From Candidatus Moraniibacteriota bacterium (GTDB lineage Bacteria > Patescibacteriota > Minisyncoccia > Moranbacterales > UBA1568), in the NCBI GenBank assembly GCA_037133435.1, contig JBAXOD010000002.1, positions 23,545-87,544 of the forward strand: a DNA stretch of 64,000 bases. The letters run 5' to 3'. Position 1 is the first letter of the stretch. Every line of letters begins with the position of its first letter. The position numbers and the translations under genes are program-made. Shown here one piece after another: positions 9,114 through 17,583 of this stretch. The notes below the pieces were generated by a model, which made no database searches, had not been told where the DNA came from, and saw only the letters and a list, made by a program, of their open reading frames with translations.

Positions 9114-10403
9114 TCAAAGGGTTTCCAACCACGTAAAGACTTTCTCGTTTCGGAGCCGATTGCGTGACGCGGCATACATGGCTGGCAGGTCGAAATCGCG
9201 CTCCGCCTGATTCACGCTTTTCGCGTACGCCAGGATACGGTTCATTTCCTCCTCGACTTCCTCCGAAGACGGATCGATCTCCTGTTCGGTTCCGATCTTG
9301 TCGATCGACAGTTCCGAAAGGATCCGTTTTTCCGCCTGAGGCCGCCACTCGGTCGCGAGTTCTTCCTCGGTCTTTTTCAGACGGGCCAGATAGTCCGAAA
9401 GGTTCATTCCCATCATCGAGGCCTGGTTTCCGAATTCGGCGATCATGCGACGGACTTCGTTCTCCACGAGCACCTCCGGCAGTTCGGCCTTGGCGACCGC
9501 GACGATCGCTTCCAAAATCCCCGTACGGAGTGTCTCCTTGGCTTTCGCCTTGTGCTCGTCCGAAAGGCCGTCGGACACGCTCTCCCGCAGCTTGTCGAGA
9601 CTCTCGAATTTTCCGAGCGACTGCGCGAACGCGTCGTTCAGTTCCGGGATCTGACGTTCCTGGATAAGATTCGCGGCGATATGGAAATTCGCCGGTTTCC
9701 CCGCAAGCGTCTCCACATGATACGACTCGGGGAAACGCAGTTCGAGCGTCTTCTCCTCGCCTTGATGCATGCCGAGAATCCCTTCCTCAAAACCCGGAAT
9801 GAACGCGCCCTTGCCGAGCACGACCGGATGTTTCTTGCCGGTGCCCCCCTCGATCGGCACGCCGTTCATCGTCACTTCGAAATCCGTCTCCACCATATCC
9901 CCGTCGCGGGCTTCCCGATCGACGGTGATGAACTTCGCCCGGCTCTCCGCGATCTTCCGGAGTTCCTCGTCGATATCGGCTTCGGCCACGACGATATTTT
10001 CTTTCGCAAAAGCGGCATTGAGTGCCTTCACGGACTTTTCCCACGAGCCGAGAACGATCTCGGGCATGACCGAGGTCGTCACGACGAAGACGAGCGGGCC
10101 TTCGGACTTCACGTCGTCGAGCCGTATCTCCGGCTTGCCGATGCCCTCCACTTTGGCTGCGGCAAGCACGTTCGGAAACAGGTGATCGATCGCGTGTTCC
10201 GCCCCCTCGATGAGGACGGTCGCCTTACCGAGCTTTTTCTCGATGACCTCGCGCGGGGCGTGACCGGGACGGAATCCCTGAACCTTCATGTCTTTCGAAA
10301 GATGCGCGACGGCATGATCGATCTCGCCTTTCCATTCATCCCACGGGATCGAGACGGAAATCTCCACTCTCGAATGCGGGAGTTTTTTCACCTGTACGTC
10401 CAT
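9114..10403 (-). CDS. tig: Trigger factor
   Basis: [18 protein letters not shown]-domain, FKBP-type PPIase (GFRPGHAP), 429 aa; tig-clpP synteny. Confidence 0.9.
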   Translation of the reverse strand: MDVQVKKLPHSRVEISVSIPWDEWKGEIDHAVAHLSKDMKVQGFRPGHAPREVIEKKLGKATVLIEGAEHAIDHLFPNVLAAAKVEGIGKPEIRLDDVKSEGPLVFVVTTSVMPEIVLGSWEKSVKALNAAFAKENIVVAEADIDEELRKIAESRAKFITVDREARDGDMVETDFEVTMNGVPIEGGTGKKHPVVLGKGAFIPGFEEGILGMHQGEEKTLELRFPESYHVETLAGKPANFHIAANLIQERQIPELNDAFAQSLGKFESLDKLRESVSDGLSDEHKAKAKETLRTGILEAIVAVAKAELPEVLVENEVRRMIAEFGNQASMMGMNLSDYLARLKKTEEELATEWRPQAEKRILSELSIDKIGTEQEIDPSSEEVEEEMNRILAYAKSVNQAERDFDLPAMYAASRNRLRNEKVFTWLETL

Positions 10404-10444
10404 AGTGATCTATACGATAAGGAATGGATAATTTTTTTCCGACT

Positions 10445-11770
10445 TTACGCCGATACGTCTTCCGATTCGGTTTCCGGCACGGTATCAGTCTCTTCAGCGA
10501 CGGTCTCCGCGATCTCGACCGGTTCACCGGCCTCCGGTTTCGCGATCGGTGCGACTCCTCCGTGCGCCGCCTCTGCTTCCGCGCTCGTCACGTCGATCCG
10601 GCATCCCACGAGCTTCGCCGCGAGCCGCACGTTCTGCCCGCGCTTACCGATAGCAAGCGACAACTGGTCATCAGGCACCAGGACGCGGGCTCGCCGACCC
10701 TCCGCCTCCTCGGCGATCTCCACCGAGAGCACCTTCGCCGGACTCATCGCCGCGGAGATGAATGCCTCGATATCGTCGTTCCACTCGATGATATCTATCT
10801 TCTCGCCACCGAGCTCGTCGATCACGCCCTGAACGCGCGTCCCGCGTTGACCCACGCACGACCCGATCGGGTCGACCCCTTCCTGGTTCGCGGATACCGC
10901 GATCTTGGTGCGGGAGCCGGCCTCTCGGGCGATCGCCTTGATCTCCACCGTCCCGGCGAAGATTTCCGGCACCTCGAGCGAGAACAGGTGACGCACCAAT
11001 CCCGGATGACTCCGGGAGAGTACGATACCGGGTCCCTTGGTATCCGCCTCCACACGGAGCAGATACACCTTCAGATGCTGGTTCATGCGATAGTTTTCCC
11101 CTTCGATCTGCTCGGATGGGAACAGGATGCCGACGGATTTGCCGAGGTCGATATAGATATTTCGTCCCTCGATCCGCTGGACGGTCCCGTTCATCACCTC
11201 GCCCTCGTGGTCCTTGTACTCCTCGTACATGGTCTGCCGTTCGGCCTCACGCAACCGCTGGATGATGACCTGCTTGGCGGTCTGTGCCGCGACCCGGCCG
11301 AAGTCCTCGTGCGGCGGAAGGGGAATCTCGATGACGTCCCCGACCTTCGCACCCTTCTCAAGAAGCTTCGCTTCGTCGAGTGTCAGATCGCGTTCCGGAT
11401 TGTATCGTGGCAGACGGTCTTCCTCCTCTCCCGGCGTCTCCGTCTCGGGAACCTCTTCGACGATTTTCACCTCACCGGTCTCCTCGTCTATCTCGGTCTC
11501 CACGAACTCGCGGGTCGTCTCGTCGACGACCTCTTTCACGAGGAAGTAGCTCGAGGCCTTCGTGACCTCGTCGAACTTCGCCCGGATGACCTGACTCTTC
11601 TTTCCATAGTCACGCTTGTACGCGACCGCGAGCGCGGCTTCCACCACCTCGATGACTTTCTCCTTCGGGAGTCCCTTCTCGTCGACGATCTGCATGATCG
11701 CGCTTCCGAACTCGCTGATGCGTCCCGCGAAGTTTTCCGGCTCCGCCGCGACAACTTTTTTCTTCGGCAT
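10445..11770 (-). CDS. nusA: Transcription termination/antitermination factor NusA
   Basis: N-terminal domain, S1 and tandem KH domains (GSCVGQRGTRVQGVIDELGGEKIDII), acidic C-terminal tail. Confidence 0.9.
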   Translation of the reverse strand: MPKKKVVAAEPENFAGRISEFGSAIMQIVDEKGLPKEKVIEVVEAALAVAYKRDYGKKSQVIRAKFDEVTKASSYFLVKEVVDETTREFVETEIDEETGEVKIVEEVPETETPGEEEDRLPRYNPERDLTLDEAKLLEKGAKVGDVIEIPLPPHEDFGRVAAQTAKQVIIQRLREAERQTMYEEYKDHEGEVMNGTVQRIEGRNIYIDLGKSVGILFPSEQIEGENYRMNQHLKVYLLRVEADTKGPGIVLSRSHPGLVRHLFSLEVPEIFAGTVEIKAIAREAGSRTKIAVSANQEGVDPIGSCVGQRGTRVQGVIDELGGEKIDIIEWNDDIEAFISAAMSPAKVLSVEIAEEAEGRRARVLVPDDQLSLAIGKRGQNVRLAAKLVGCRIDVTSAEAEAAHGGVAPIAKPEAGEPVEIAETVAEETDTVPETESEDVSA

Positions 11771-11989
11771 AGTATTCTTGATTAATTATCGGTCATGATA
11801 CGAATTACATTTCCGATCGACGGGTACGTCTTCCTTTTTCGCGGTGCGCCGATACCGAAACAGCTCGGCCCGGAACACGGCATCTAAAGAAAAAAGTCCG
11901 CTTCAAGCGAACTTCCACACCCGTATCAGATAGTGCCAGTATACTCCCGAACGACCCGGCTGTCAAATGACTATGAGCCTTCACATACC

Positions 11990-12150
11990 TTTGCAGGTTC
12001 ATGGTACAACCGTAAACCTAACTGTCACTATCTTCGATCTAACCGCAACTTTACCGATGATAAACCATGTGGTTCAGGGTACAACCCTGAACCTGCGGGA
12101 ACATGCCTGTTATAAATTCTCCCTTATAAAAGCCATAAATAAGATGGTTC
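11990..12150. repeat. Hairpin repeat family copy a (inverted orientation): ggttcagggtacaaccctgaacc + tcccttataaaagcca
   Basis: Reverse complement matches cgcaggttcagggttgtaccctgaaccac at 40243 and 49647. Confidence 0.6.
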
Positions 12151-12304
12151 TTCCACGAATACGCGCAGCCACATTTTTGATTGACTTTTTTTGTCGTTTG
12201 TGCTATATTTCCCTGTTATGGAGAGTCGTGCCCGGAAGTGTTCATCACCGACGGACAGACTGCCATAACAAGCTTTTTTACAACCATCAAAACAACTTAC
12301 GACC

Positions 12305-13234
12305 ATGGCATGGAAACTACCAACATTGGATGCGCTTACTGATGTAGGCAACATCATTTCAAACGTCGCCAACATCACAAAAACAGGCAAGGAGTACATG
12401 GAGAAACTTGCCCAACAGCAACTCGGATTCGAACTCTTCGGAATCGGAGATTTGAGCGATGAGGCCATCGTAGGCGTCGGTCTACGGACAGCAGCCAAAA
12501 AGCTCTACACTCCGGAAGCATCCGCCGACAAGGCGTTCAGTAAGCTCGATGCTTTCCTAAAATCGTTGAATAATCATCAACGCATTCGGCTACGTCGAAC
12601 CATCGCGAAACTCGTTTTGACTGAACGGCATGAAAACGTCGTCGTCGAAACGAAAACCGACAAAGACGGAGCCAAGACTGAAAAACAGGACCGGCGCCAG
12701 GTTGATTATGAATATACCGCGGATGACCCAAGGGTTCAGTTCATAATGAATATGGCAAAAGAACTCATAAAACCTGGTGGACCTGCTGCTGTAAAAGATC
12801 AACTTCTCGCATTCGACGTTATCCTGGAGAAGGCGATTTATGAAACCCTCTTCGATAAGGTAAATGAGGGCAAGAAAAAGGCCAAAGAATGGATAGACGC
12901 TACGGCAATTCCGAAAACGCAGGATTTCCTGAAAGGCATCTTAAACCGTTTGAATAGGGTTACAGATCCCACCGCGACACCGGATGCATTCATCACGGAA
13001 CAGCAGACAATCATAGCTTCCAGGGAAAATGAAATCCTGAGCGAAGCGAGGAATAACTCGTGGATTCATCTGTTGACGACATCCCTACCGGGACGGATTC
13101 TCTTGGGCATGATCGCACTCGTTGCGATACTGGCTCTCGGCACCGGACTCGGCTGGAAGGTTTTCTTCGGAGTGATCGGCCTCGTGCTGGTAGGTAAATA
13201 TGTGATCGGTTGGTACAAACAGCATCATCCATAA
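12305..13234 (+). CDS. Hypothetical protein, coiled-coil N-region with C-terminal TM hairpin
   Basis: 309 aa ORF in lower-GC segment; C-terminal ILLGMIALVAILALGTGLGWKVFFGVIGLVLVG hydrophobic pair; no recognisable motif. Confidence 0.5.
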   Translation: MAWKLPTLDALTDVGNIISNVANITKTGKEYMEKLAQQQLGFELFGIGDLSDEAIVGVGLRTAAKKLYTPEASADKAFSKLDAFLKSLNNHQRIRLRRTIAKLVLTERHENVVVETKTDKDGAKTEKQDRRQVDYEYTADDPRVQFIMNMAKELIKPGGPAAVKDQLLAFDVILEKAIYETLFDKVNEGKKKAKEWIDATAIPKTQDFLKGILNRLNRVTDPTATPDAFITEQQTIIASRENEILSEARNNSWIHLLTTSLPGRILLGMIALVAILALGTGLGWKVFFGVIGLVLVGKYVIGWYKQHHP

Positions 13235-13262
13235 TTTTATTAAAAACAAAAAGCAACTAACG

Positions 13263-14492
13263 ATGCAACAAATCATTGATTTACTCGGTCTCATAGGGAT
13301 CAAGCTGACCCAAGAGATGCGATCCCTGCTTGTAAACGGAGTCACACGGCTCTATCAGACCTTGGTACTGTGGGTCCTGGCAATCATCATGTTGGTGCCC
13401 GTCGCGATTTTCTGCGGAGCAAACGGATGGAATTGGGTGAATCTCACCCTCTTCGTCTTGTTGCTCCCCTGTGTGGGAATCGCGTTCTTCACACCGGCAA
13501 ACGTCGTCTTCATGTTTCTGTTCGGCGGAGCGATGTGCTCGCTTTCCGATGCGAGCCGGCAACGATTTCTCGCCGGAGGCGAAGCCTACGTGAAAGGGAG
13601 CATCCGATTGATAGGCGGCTGCCTATTGGTCCTCGAAACGATCCTTTTCTATCTGGGATTCGTCGACATCAAGGAAAACCCATGGGCGGTCGTAGCGATA
13701 TTGATCGTAGCGATATTCATCACCCTCGATATCAAATTCGGTGGACGGCCCAGCTTCGGCAAAAAGATCCTCTATATTGTCGTCCCGAGTCTCATCGGTA
13801 TCGTCGCAGCGGTAAGTCTCATCAAGCCTGGCACGTGGACCAGTATTGGTTTACCGGCATGGTCCCTTGCGGATCACGGGCAACTTAACGACGTGACCGC
13901 GAGAATCGGGAAACAGATAGAAGAAAACCGGATCGCGGCGAGAAAAAAATCCGCCGACTCGCTCTATGCTGTCGTGGAATCCGGAAAGAGACTCTCTCCT
14001 GCCGGAGTACGACTCTATCACGAACTCATTCGTGAGGGGAAGAAGTACGATATCGTGTCAGCGGCCAAACAGACGAAGGAAAACGTCAGCGGAAACCAGG
14101 AAGTCCGTGAAAGGCTCTTCACGGTCCAACTCGATGGCACCAAGGAGAAGAAAGAGTCCGGTCTTCAGGATGGAGAACACATCTTCGTCATCAAGGATGG
14201 TCCGAACGGTCGTCCGCTCCTTCCCGTCTATACCATGACGAAAGATTTTGAGGGACGCGACGTGCAGATCCTATTCAATTCGTACGAACTCCAAAAGGGT
14301 GGTGAGAATACGATTGTCGCGATGGCGGAAGACGGGAACGAAGTCAGGGACGGCGGAAACATCACCATCCAAGGAGGAACGGTCAAAGTGCGCCTCGTCA
14401 TCGCGCCATGGCTGCAGAAAAAAATCGATTCAAAAAAATATATTCTCGGCGACGTGGTTGCCGTACTGGCATTCCAAAAGTCGAATTATTGA
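13263..14492 (+). CDS. Hypothetical polytopic membrane protein (N-terminal ~6 TM, C-terminal soluble domain)
   Basis: 409 aa; multiple hydrophobic helices in first 200 aa; no recognisable motif. Confidence 0.5.
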   Translation: MQQIIDLLGLIGIKLTQEMRSLLVNGVTRLYQTLVLWVLAIIMLVPVAIFCGANGWNWVNLTLFVLLLPCVGIAFFTPANVVFMFLFGGAMCSLSDASRQRFLAGGEAYVKGSIRLIGGCLLVLETILFYLGFVDIKENPWAVVAILIVAIFITLDIKFGGRPSFGKKILYIVVPSLIGIVAAVSLIKPGTWTSIGLPAWSLADHGQLNDVTARIGKQIEENRIAARKKSADSLYAVVESGKRLSPAGVRLYHELIREGKKYDIVSAAKQTKENVSGNQEVRERLFTVQLDGTKEKKESGLQDGEHIFVIKDGPNGRPLLPVYTMTKDFEGRDVQILFNSYELQKGGENTIVAMAEDGNEVRDGGNITIQGGTVKVRLVIAPWLQKKIDSKKYILGDVVAVLAFQKSNY

Positions 14493-14513
14493 ATCGACGG
14501 CCCCCACAAACCA

Positions 14514-14550
14514 AAAGCGGCTCTCATGAACTTGAGGCCGCCTTTTCTTT
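14514..14550. terminator. Bidirectional terminator between convergent genes
   Basis: aaaagcggctctcatgaacttgaggccgcctttt hairpin. Confidence 0.55.
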
Positions 14551-14568
14551 TCTAAAATAATTCAATCG

Positions 14569-15774
14569 TCAGGTCGTCGCGAAGAACGTGGCGATGGTGC
14601 GTACGATAATAAGCGAGACGAGCGCGACCGCCGTACCGATGATGGCGAACTTCACGATGTTCTTGGCGACATCCGTCTTCTTCTCGTCGCCACCGGCCGC
14701 GAAGTACATGAGCCCGCCGACGACGATCATGAGCATCGCCAGGATGCCGACCATGGCAAGGAGGAAGTTCAGCAGATTCGACGCGATCGTCATGAGCGAC
14801 GGGGCCGCGTTGACCTCGGCCGGGATATTGTTCGTGCCGTTGCCCCAATTGAGGATCGCCGCGATCTCCTTGAGGAAAGACGGGGCGGCAATACCGATGG
14901 CAAGACCGATCATCGCGGCCGTGATCATCTTTTTCGCGGTACCGATGTTCTTCTCGTTCCCGGCCGAGAAGATATAGAATATCCCGCCAAGAACCAGGAA
15001 CACGAGCGCGATCGTCACGATGACCCCTTGTGTATAGGCAAGGAACACTCCGAGCACTTCCTGGACGGTGTCGTATTTGAGCGGATTGATGAACTGGATC
15101 GTACTCCCGCCGGCCGTCGAAGATCCGGATGATCCGGTTGGACTCGTTGTACTTGACGAACAACACTTCTGAGTAGCGCTACCACAGTCACCCGCGATTT
15201 CACTGGTTCCACTCGGACATCCTGCACTGATATCGGCACACGTTCCGGACTGCGATGAACAGGTTCCGGTAGTGACCACGGCACCGCTCCCCACGCAGCA
15301 CTTGTTAGTGGTCCCGGAGCAATTTCCGTCCCAGGTCTTTCCAGTCGCACATGTCGCCGTCGCCCCTCCGGCCAGACACGCTCCCGACGCATGAGATGTA
15401 AGCCCAAGACAACCGGTGGTAGCGGTATTTCCACAACAATATGAGCTACCGGTACCGCAATCCGTCGCGCCGGTAAATTCTTCTCCCGGACAGCTTCCGG
15501 CCTGACATGCCCCTCCGAGATTCTGACACGTGATCGCGTCGTTATATGACTGACAGATAACAGTAATTCCGGTTGCCGCCAACTGGGATTTCATCGAATT
15601 ACAGTCGGTATACGTATAATTCTGAAAAGACGTCCCCGAACTGTTCGTATAGATCGAGCCGTTCGAATTCGCCAGACGATACTTGGTCGCCGCATGAACT
15701 GGTACCGTTTGGAAAAGCGCGAAAATCAGGACGATGAGCGATCTAGCGAAAAAACGGAATGATTTCGTTTTCAT
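14569..15774 (-). CDS. Secreted Cys/Gly/Thr-rich protein fused to VirB2/TrbC-like pilin domain (pilin paralog 1)
   Basis: Signal peptide MKTKSFRFFARSLIVLIFALFQTVPVHA; ~40 Cys in C-G-T-S-rich region; C-terminus VLGGIFYIFSAGNEKNIGTAKKMITAAMIGLAIGIAA matches the AGGDExKxxAKKM two-helix motif of the downstream paralogs; start at 15774 Met. Confidence 0.5.
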   Translation of the reverse strand: MKTKSFRFFARSLIVLIFALFQTVPVHAATKYRLANSNGSIYTNSSGTSFQNYTYTDCNSMKSQLAATGITVICQSYNDAITCQNLGGACQAGSCPGEEFTGATDCGTGSSYCCGNTATTGCLGLTSHASGACLAGGATATCATGKTWDGNCSGTTNKCCVGSGAVVTTGTCSSQSGTCADISAGCPSGTSEIAGDCGSATQKCCSSSTTSPTGSSGSSTAGGSTIQFINPLKYDTVQEVLGVFLAYTQGVIVTIALVFLVLGGIFYIFSAGNEKNIGTAKKMITAAMIGLAIGIAAPSFLKEIAAILNWGNGTNNIPAEVNAAPSLMTIASNLLNFLLAMVGILAMLMIVVGGLMYFAAGGDEKKTDVAKNIVKFAIIGTAVALVSLIIVRTIATFFATT

Positions 15775-15784
15775 AGTGTTCGTT

Positions 15785-16240
15785 TCAATATGCAGCCGAA
15801 CCGCCACTTCCCGACCCAGACCCGCCCGAGACGAGCTGCTGCACCGTATACACGATCATATACGCGAGGAGTCCGACCGCCACGCCGGTCGCGGCGTATT
15901 GCATCATGTTCTTCGCGCTTTCGGTCTTCTTCTCGTCGCCGCCTGCGAGCAGGTACTGTATGCCGGCCACCACGAAGAGAAGTATCGCGAGGATGCCGAG
16001 GATGCCCATGAGCCAATAGATGACGGTCGCGATGACCGGACCCGGCTCACGATCGGAAAGACCCGTCGCGGAGGATGTCGGCACGCAGACCCCGCTCATG
16101 AGTACGGTTTTTCCGTCCGAGCAGCTGGCCACCGCCCCGACCAGTTGCGGGGCGAACGTAAGAAGGACCAGAGCGGTCGCGAGTGCCGACTTGAGGAACC
16201 GTGTTGGGACGTTCATAGGAAAAGCAAAACTTTTTTTCAC
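15785..16240 (-). CDS. VirB2/TrbC-like conjugative pilin family protein (paralog 2)
   Basis: Signal peptide, then WLMGILGILAILLFVVAGIQYLLAGGDEKKTESAKNMMQYAATGVAVGLLAY two-helix hydrophobic core with charged loop. Confidence 0.5.
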   Translation of the reverse strand: MKKSFAFPMNVPTRFLKSALATALVLLTFAPQLVGAVASCSDGKTVLMSGVCVPTSSATGLSDREPGPVIATVIYWLMGILGILAILLFVVAGIQYLLAGGDEKKTESAKNMMQYAATGVAVGLLAYMIVYTVQQLVSGGSGSGSGGSAAY

Positions 16241-16327
16241 CTATCATCACTTTCGATAGTACTCCGATTTTTGAAAAAAAACAACTCCGCCACACGGCGG
16301 AGTCGTTCCGAAACGAAGGATGTGTAC

Positions 16328-16726
16328 TCAGTACGAGATGCTGTCCGCCGCGTCCGAACCGGTAAGGCTCGCAACCGTATTCACGGCGACATATCCGACG
16401 AGCGCGACGACGATCGCGATGCTCGCGTATACCATCATCTTCTTCGCGCTCTCGGTCTTCGTCTCGTCCCCCGCGGCGATGAGGTACATGACACCCGCTA
16501 TCACGAACGAGATGATGGCGCCGATACCGAGAAGCATCATGAGCCAGTTCATGACGTTGACGAGGATCTGTCCGGCCGAACTTTCCGTCATCCCGGCCGT
16601 GGTGGAAACGGTCTGATACGTGGTACCGGCACTGTCGATGGTCCCGAAACCGAGAGCACCAGTGACCGACGGAACCAAGAGCAGTGCGGCGACCAGGAAT
16701 GCGACCGACCGTTTGGATATCTTCAT
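16328..16726 (-). CDS. VirB2/TrbC-like conjugative pilin family protein (paralog 3)
   Basis: Start MKISKRSVAFLVAALLLVP with GGAGG SD 7 nt upstream; NWLMMLLGIGAIISFVIAGVMYLIAAGDETKTESAKKMMVYASIAIVVALVGY. Confidence 0.55.
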   Translation of the reverse strand: MKISKRSVAFLVAALLLVPSVTGALGFGTIDSAGTTYQTVSTTAGMTESSAGQILVNVMNWLMMLLGIGAIISFVIAGVMYLIAAGDETKTESAKKMMVYASIAIVVALVGYVAVNTVASLTGSDAADSISY

Positions 16727-16849
16727 ATGTTTACCTCCTGTGTTATTTTTTTCCGATGAAACATTCAGTGACACTTCAGATGCTACTCCAATTTTCACAA
16801 AAAAACAACTCCGCCCTGTGGCGGAGCCGTTCTTGTCATCGCGTGACGA

Positions 16850-17260
16850 CTAGTAGCTGATATTGTCCCCAGCGTTCGAACCCGTAAGGTTCGTGATGGT
16901 GTTGACGGCGACATATCCGACGAGTGCCACGACGATCGCGATGATCGCGTAGACCATCATCTTCTTCGCGTTGTCGGTCTTCGCCTCGTCCCCTCCGGCG
17001 ACGAGGTACAGGATACCCGCGATCACGAACGAGATGATGGCGCCGATACCGAGAAGCATCATAAGCCAGTTCATGACGTTGACGAGCATCTGTCCGATGG
17101 AGCTCTTCGTCATTCCGGCGTTCTGAGATACGGTCGTGTACGCCGTACCGCCGGTATCATATTTTCCGAATCCCGAGGTCGGTACGGCCGCGAACACGGC
17201 GACCGGTGCGACCAACGCGGCGACGATCGAGAACATGAGTATCTGTTTCAAAAATTTCAT
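16850..17260 (-). CDS. VirB2/TrbC-like conjugative pilin family protein (paralog 4)
   Basis: Signal peptide MKFLKQILMFSIVAALVAPVAVFA, GGAGG SD; core nearly identical to paralog 3 (NWLMMLLGIGAIISFVIAGILYLVAGGDEAKTDNAKKMMVYAIIAIVVALVGY). Confidence 0.55.
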   Translation of the reverse strand: MKFLKQILMFSIVAALVAPVAVFAAVPTSGFGKYDTGGTAYTTVSQNAGMTKSSIGQMLVNVMNWLMMLLGIGAIISFVIAGILYLVAGGDEAKTDNAKKMMVYAIIAIVVALVGYVAVNTITNLTGSNAGDNISY

Positions 17261-17310
17261 ATGTTCACCTCCTTTCCGTTATTTTTTATTTCCGTTTTCC
17301 ACTGTCCCGA

Positions 17311-17583
17311 TTATACCATAGCCGCCAGCTGTCGGATAGCGATCAGCATCAGGAGGACGACCGAGAGACCGAGGATGGAATAGCCGAGCATCCGTTTCGC
17401 CGATTTCGATTGCTCCTCGTCACCGCCGGCCATCATATACATCACACCGGCCGCGATCAGCGCGACAAGCGCGACGAGACCGAAGAGCGACAACACGAGT
17501 TCGAGGGCACGCATACCGACGAGCTGAAGCGGCGGGGCATCATCTATCACGCCGGACGCTTTCGCTACGGGGATAAGGTTCAT
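17311..17583 (-). CDS. Short VirB2/TrbC-like pilin family protein (paralog 5)
   Basis: 90 aa; LVALVALIAAGVMYMMAGGDEEQSKSAKRMLGYSILGLSVVLLMLIAI retains the AGGDE..K.AK+M motif. Confidence 0.4.
   Translation of the reverse strand: MNLIPVAKASGVIDDAPPLQLVGMRALELVLSLFGLVALVALIAAGVMYMMAGGDEEQSKSAKRMLGYSILGLSVVLLMLIAIRQLAAMV

Noticed and set aside
9552-10832. 426-aa + strand ORF (and similar long antisense ORFs at 10424-11785, 27823-29037, 35682-37034, 42555-44153, 17814-19019)
   Set aside because: These lie antisense to clearly identified genes (tig, nusA, beta-CA-like gene 1, surface protein, VirB4, SBP) and have Arg/Pro-rich low-complexity translations typical of shadow ORFs in GC-rich DNA.
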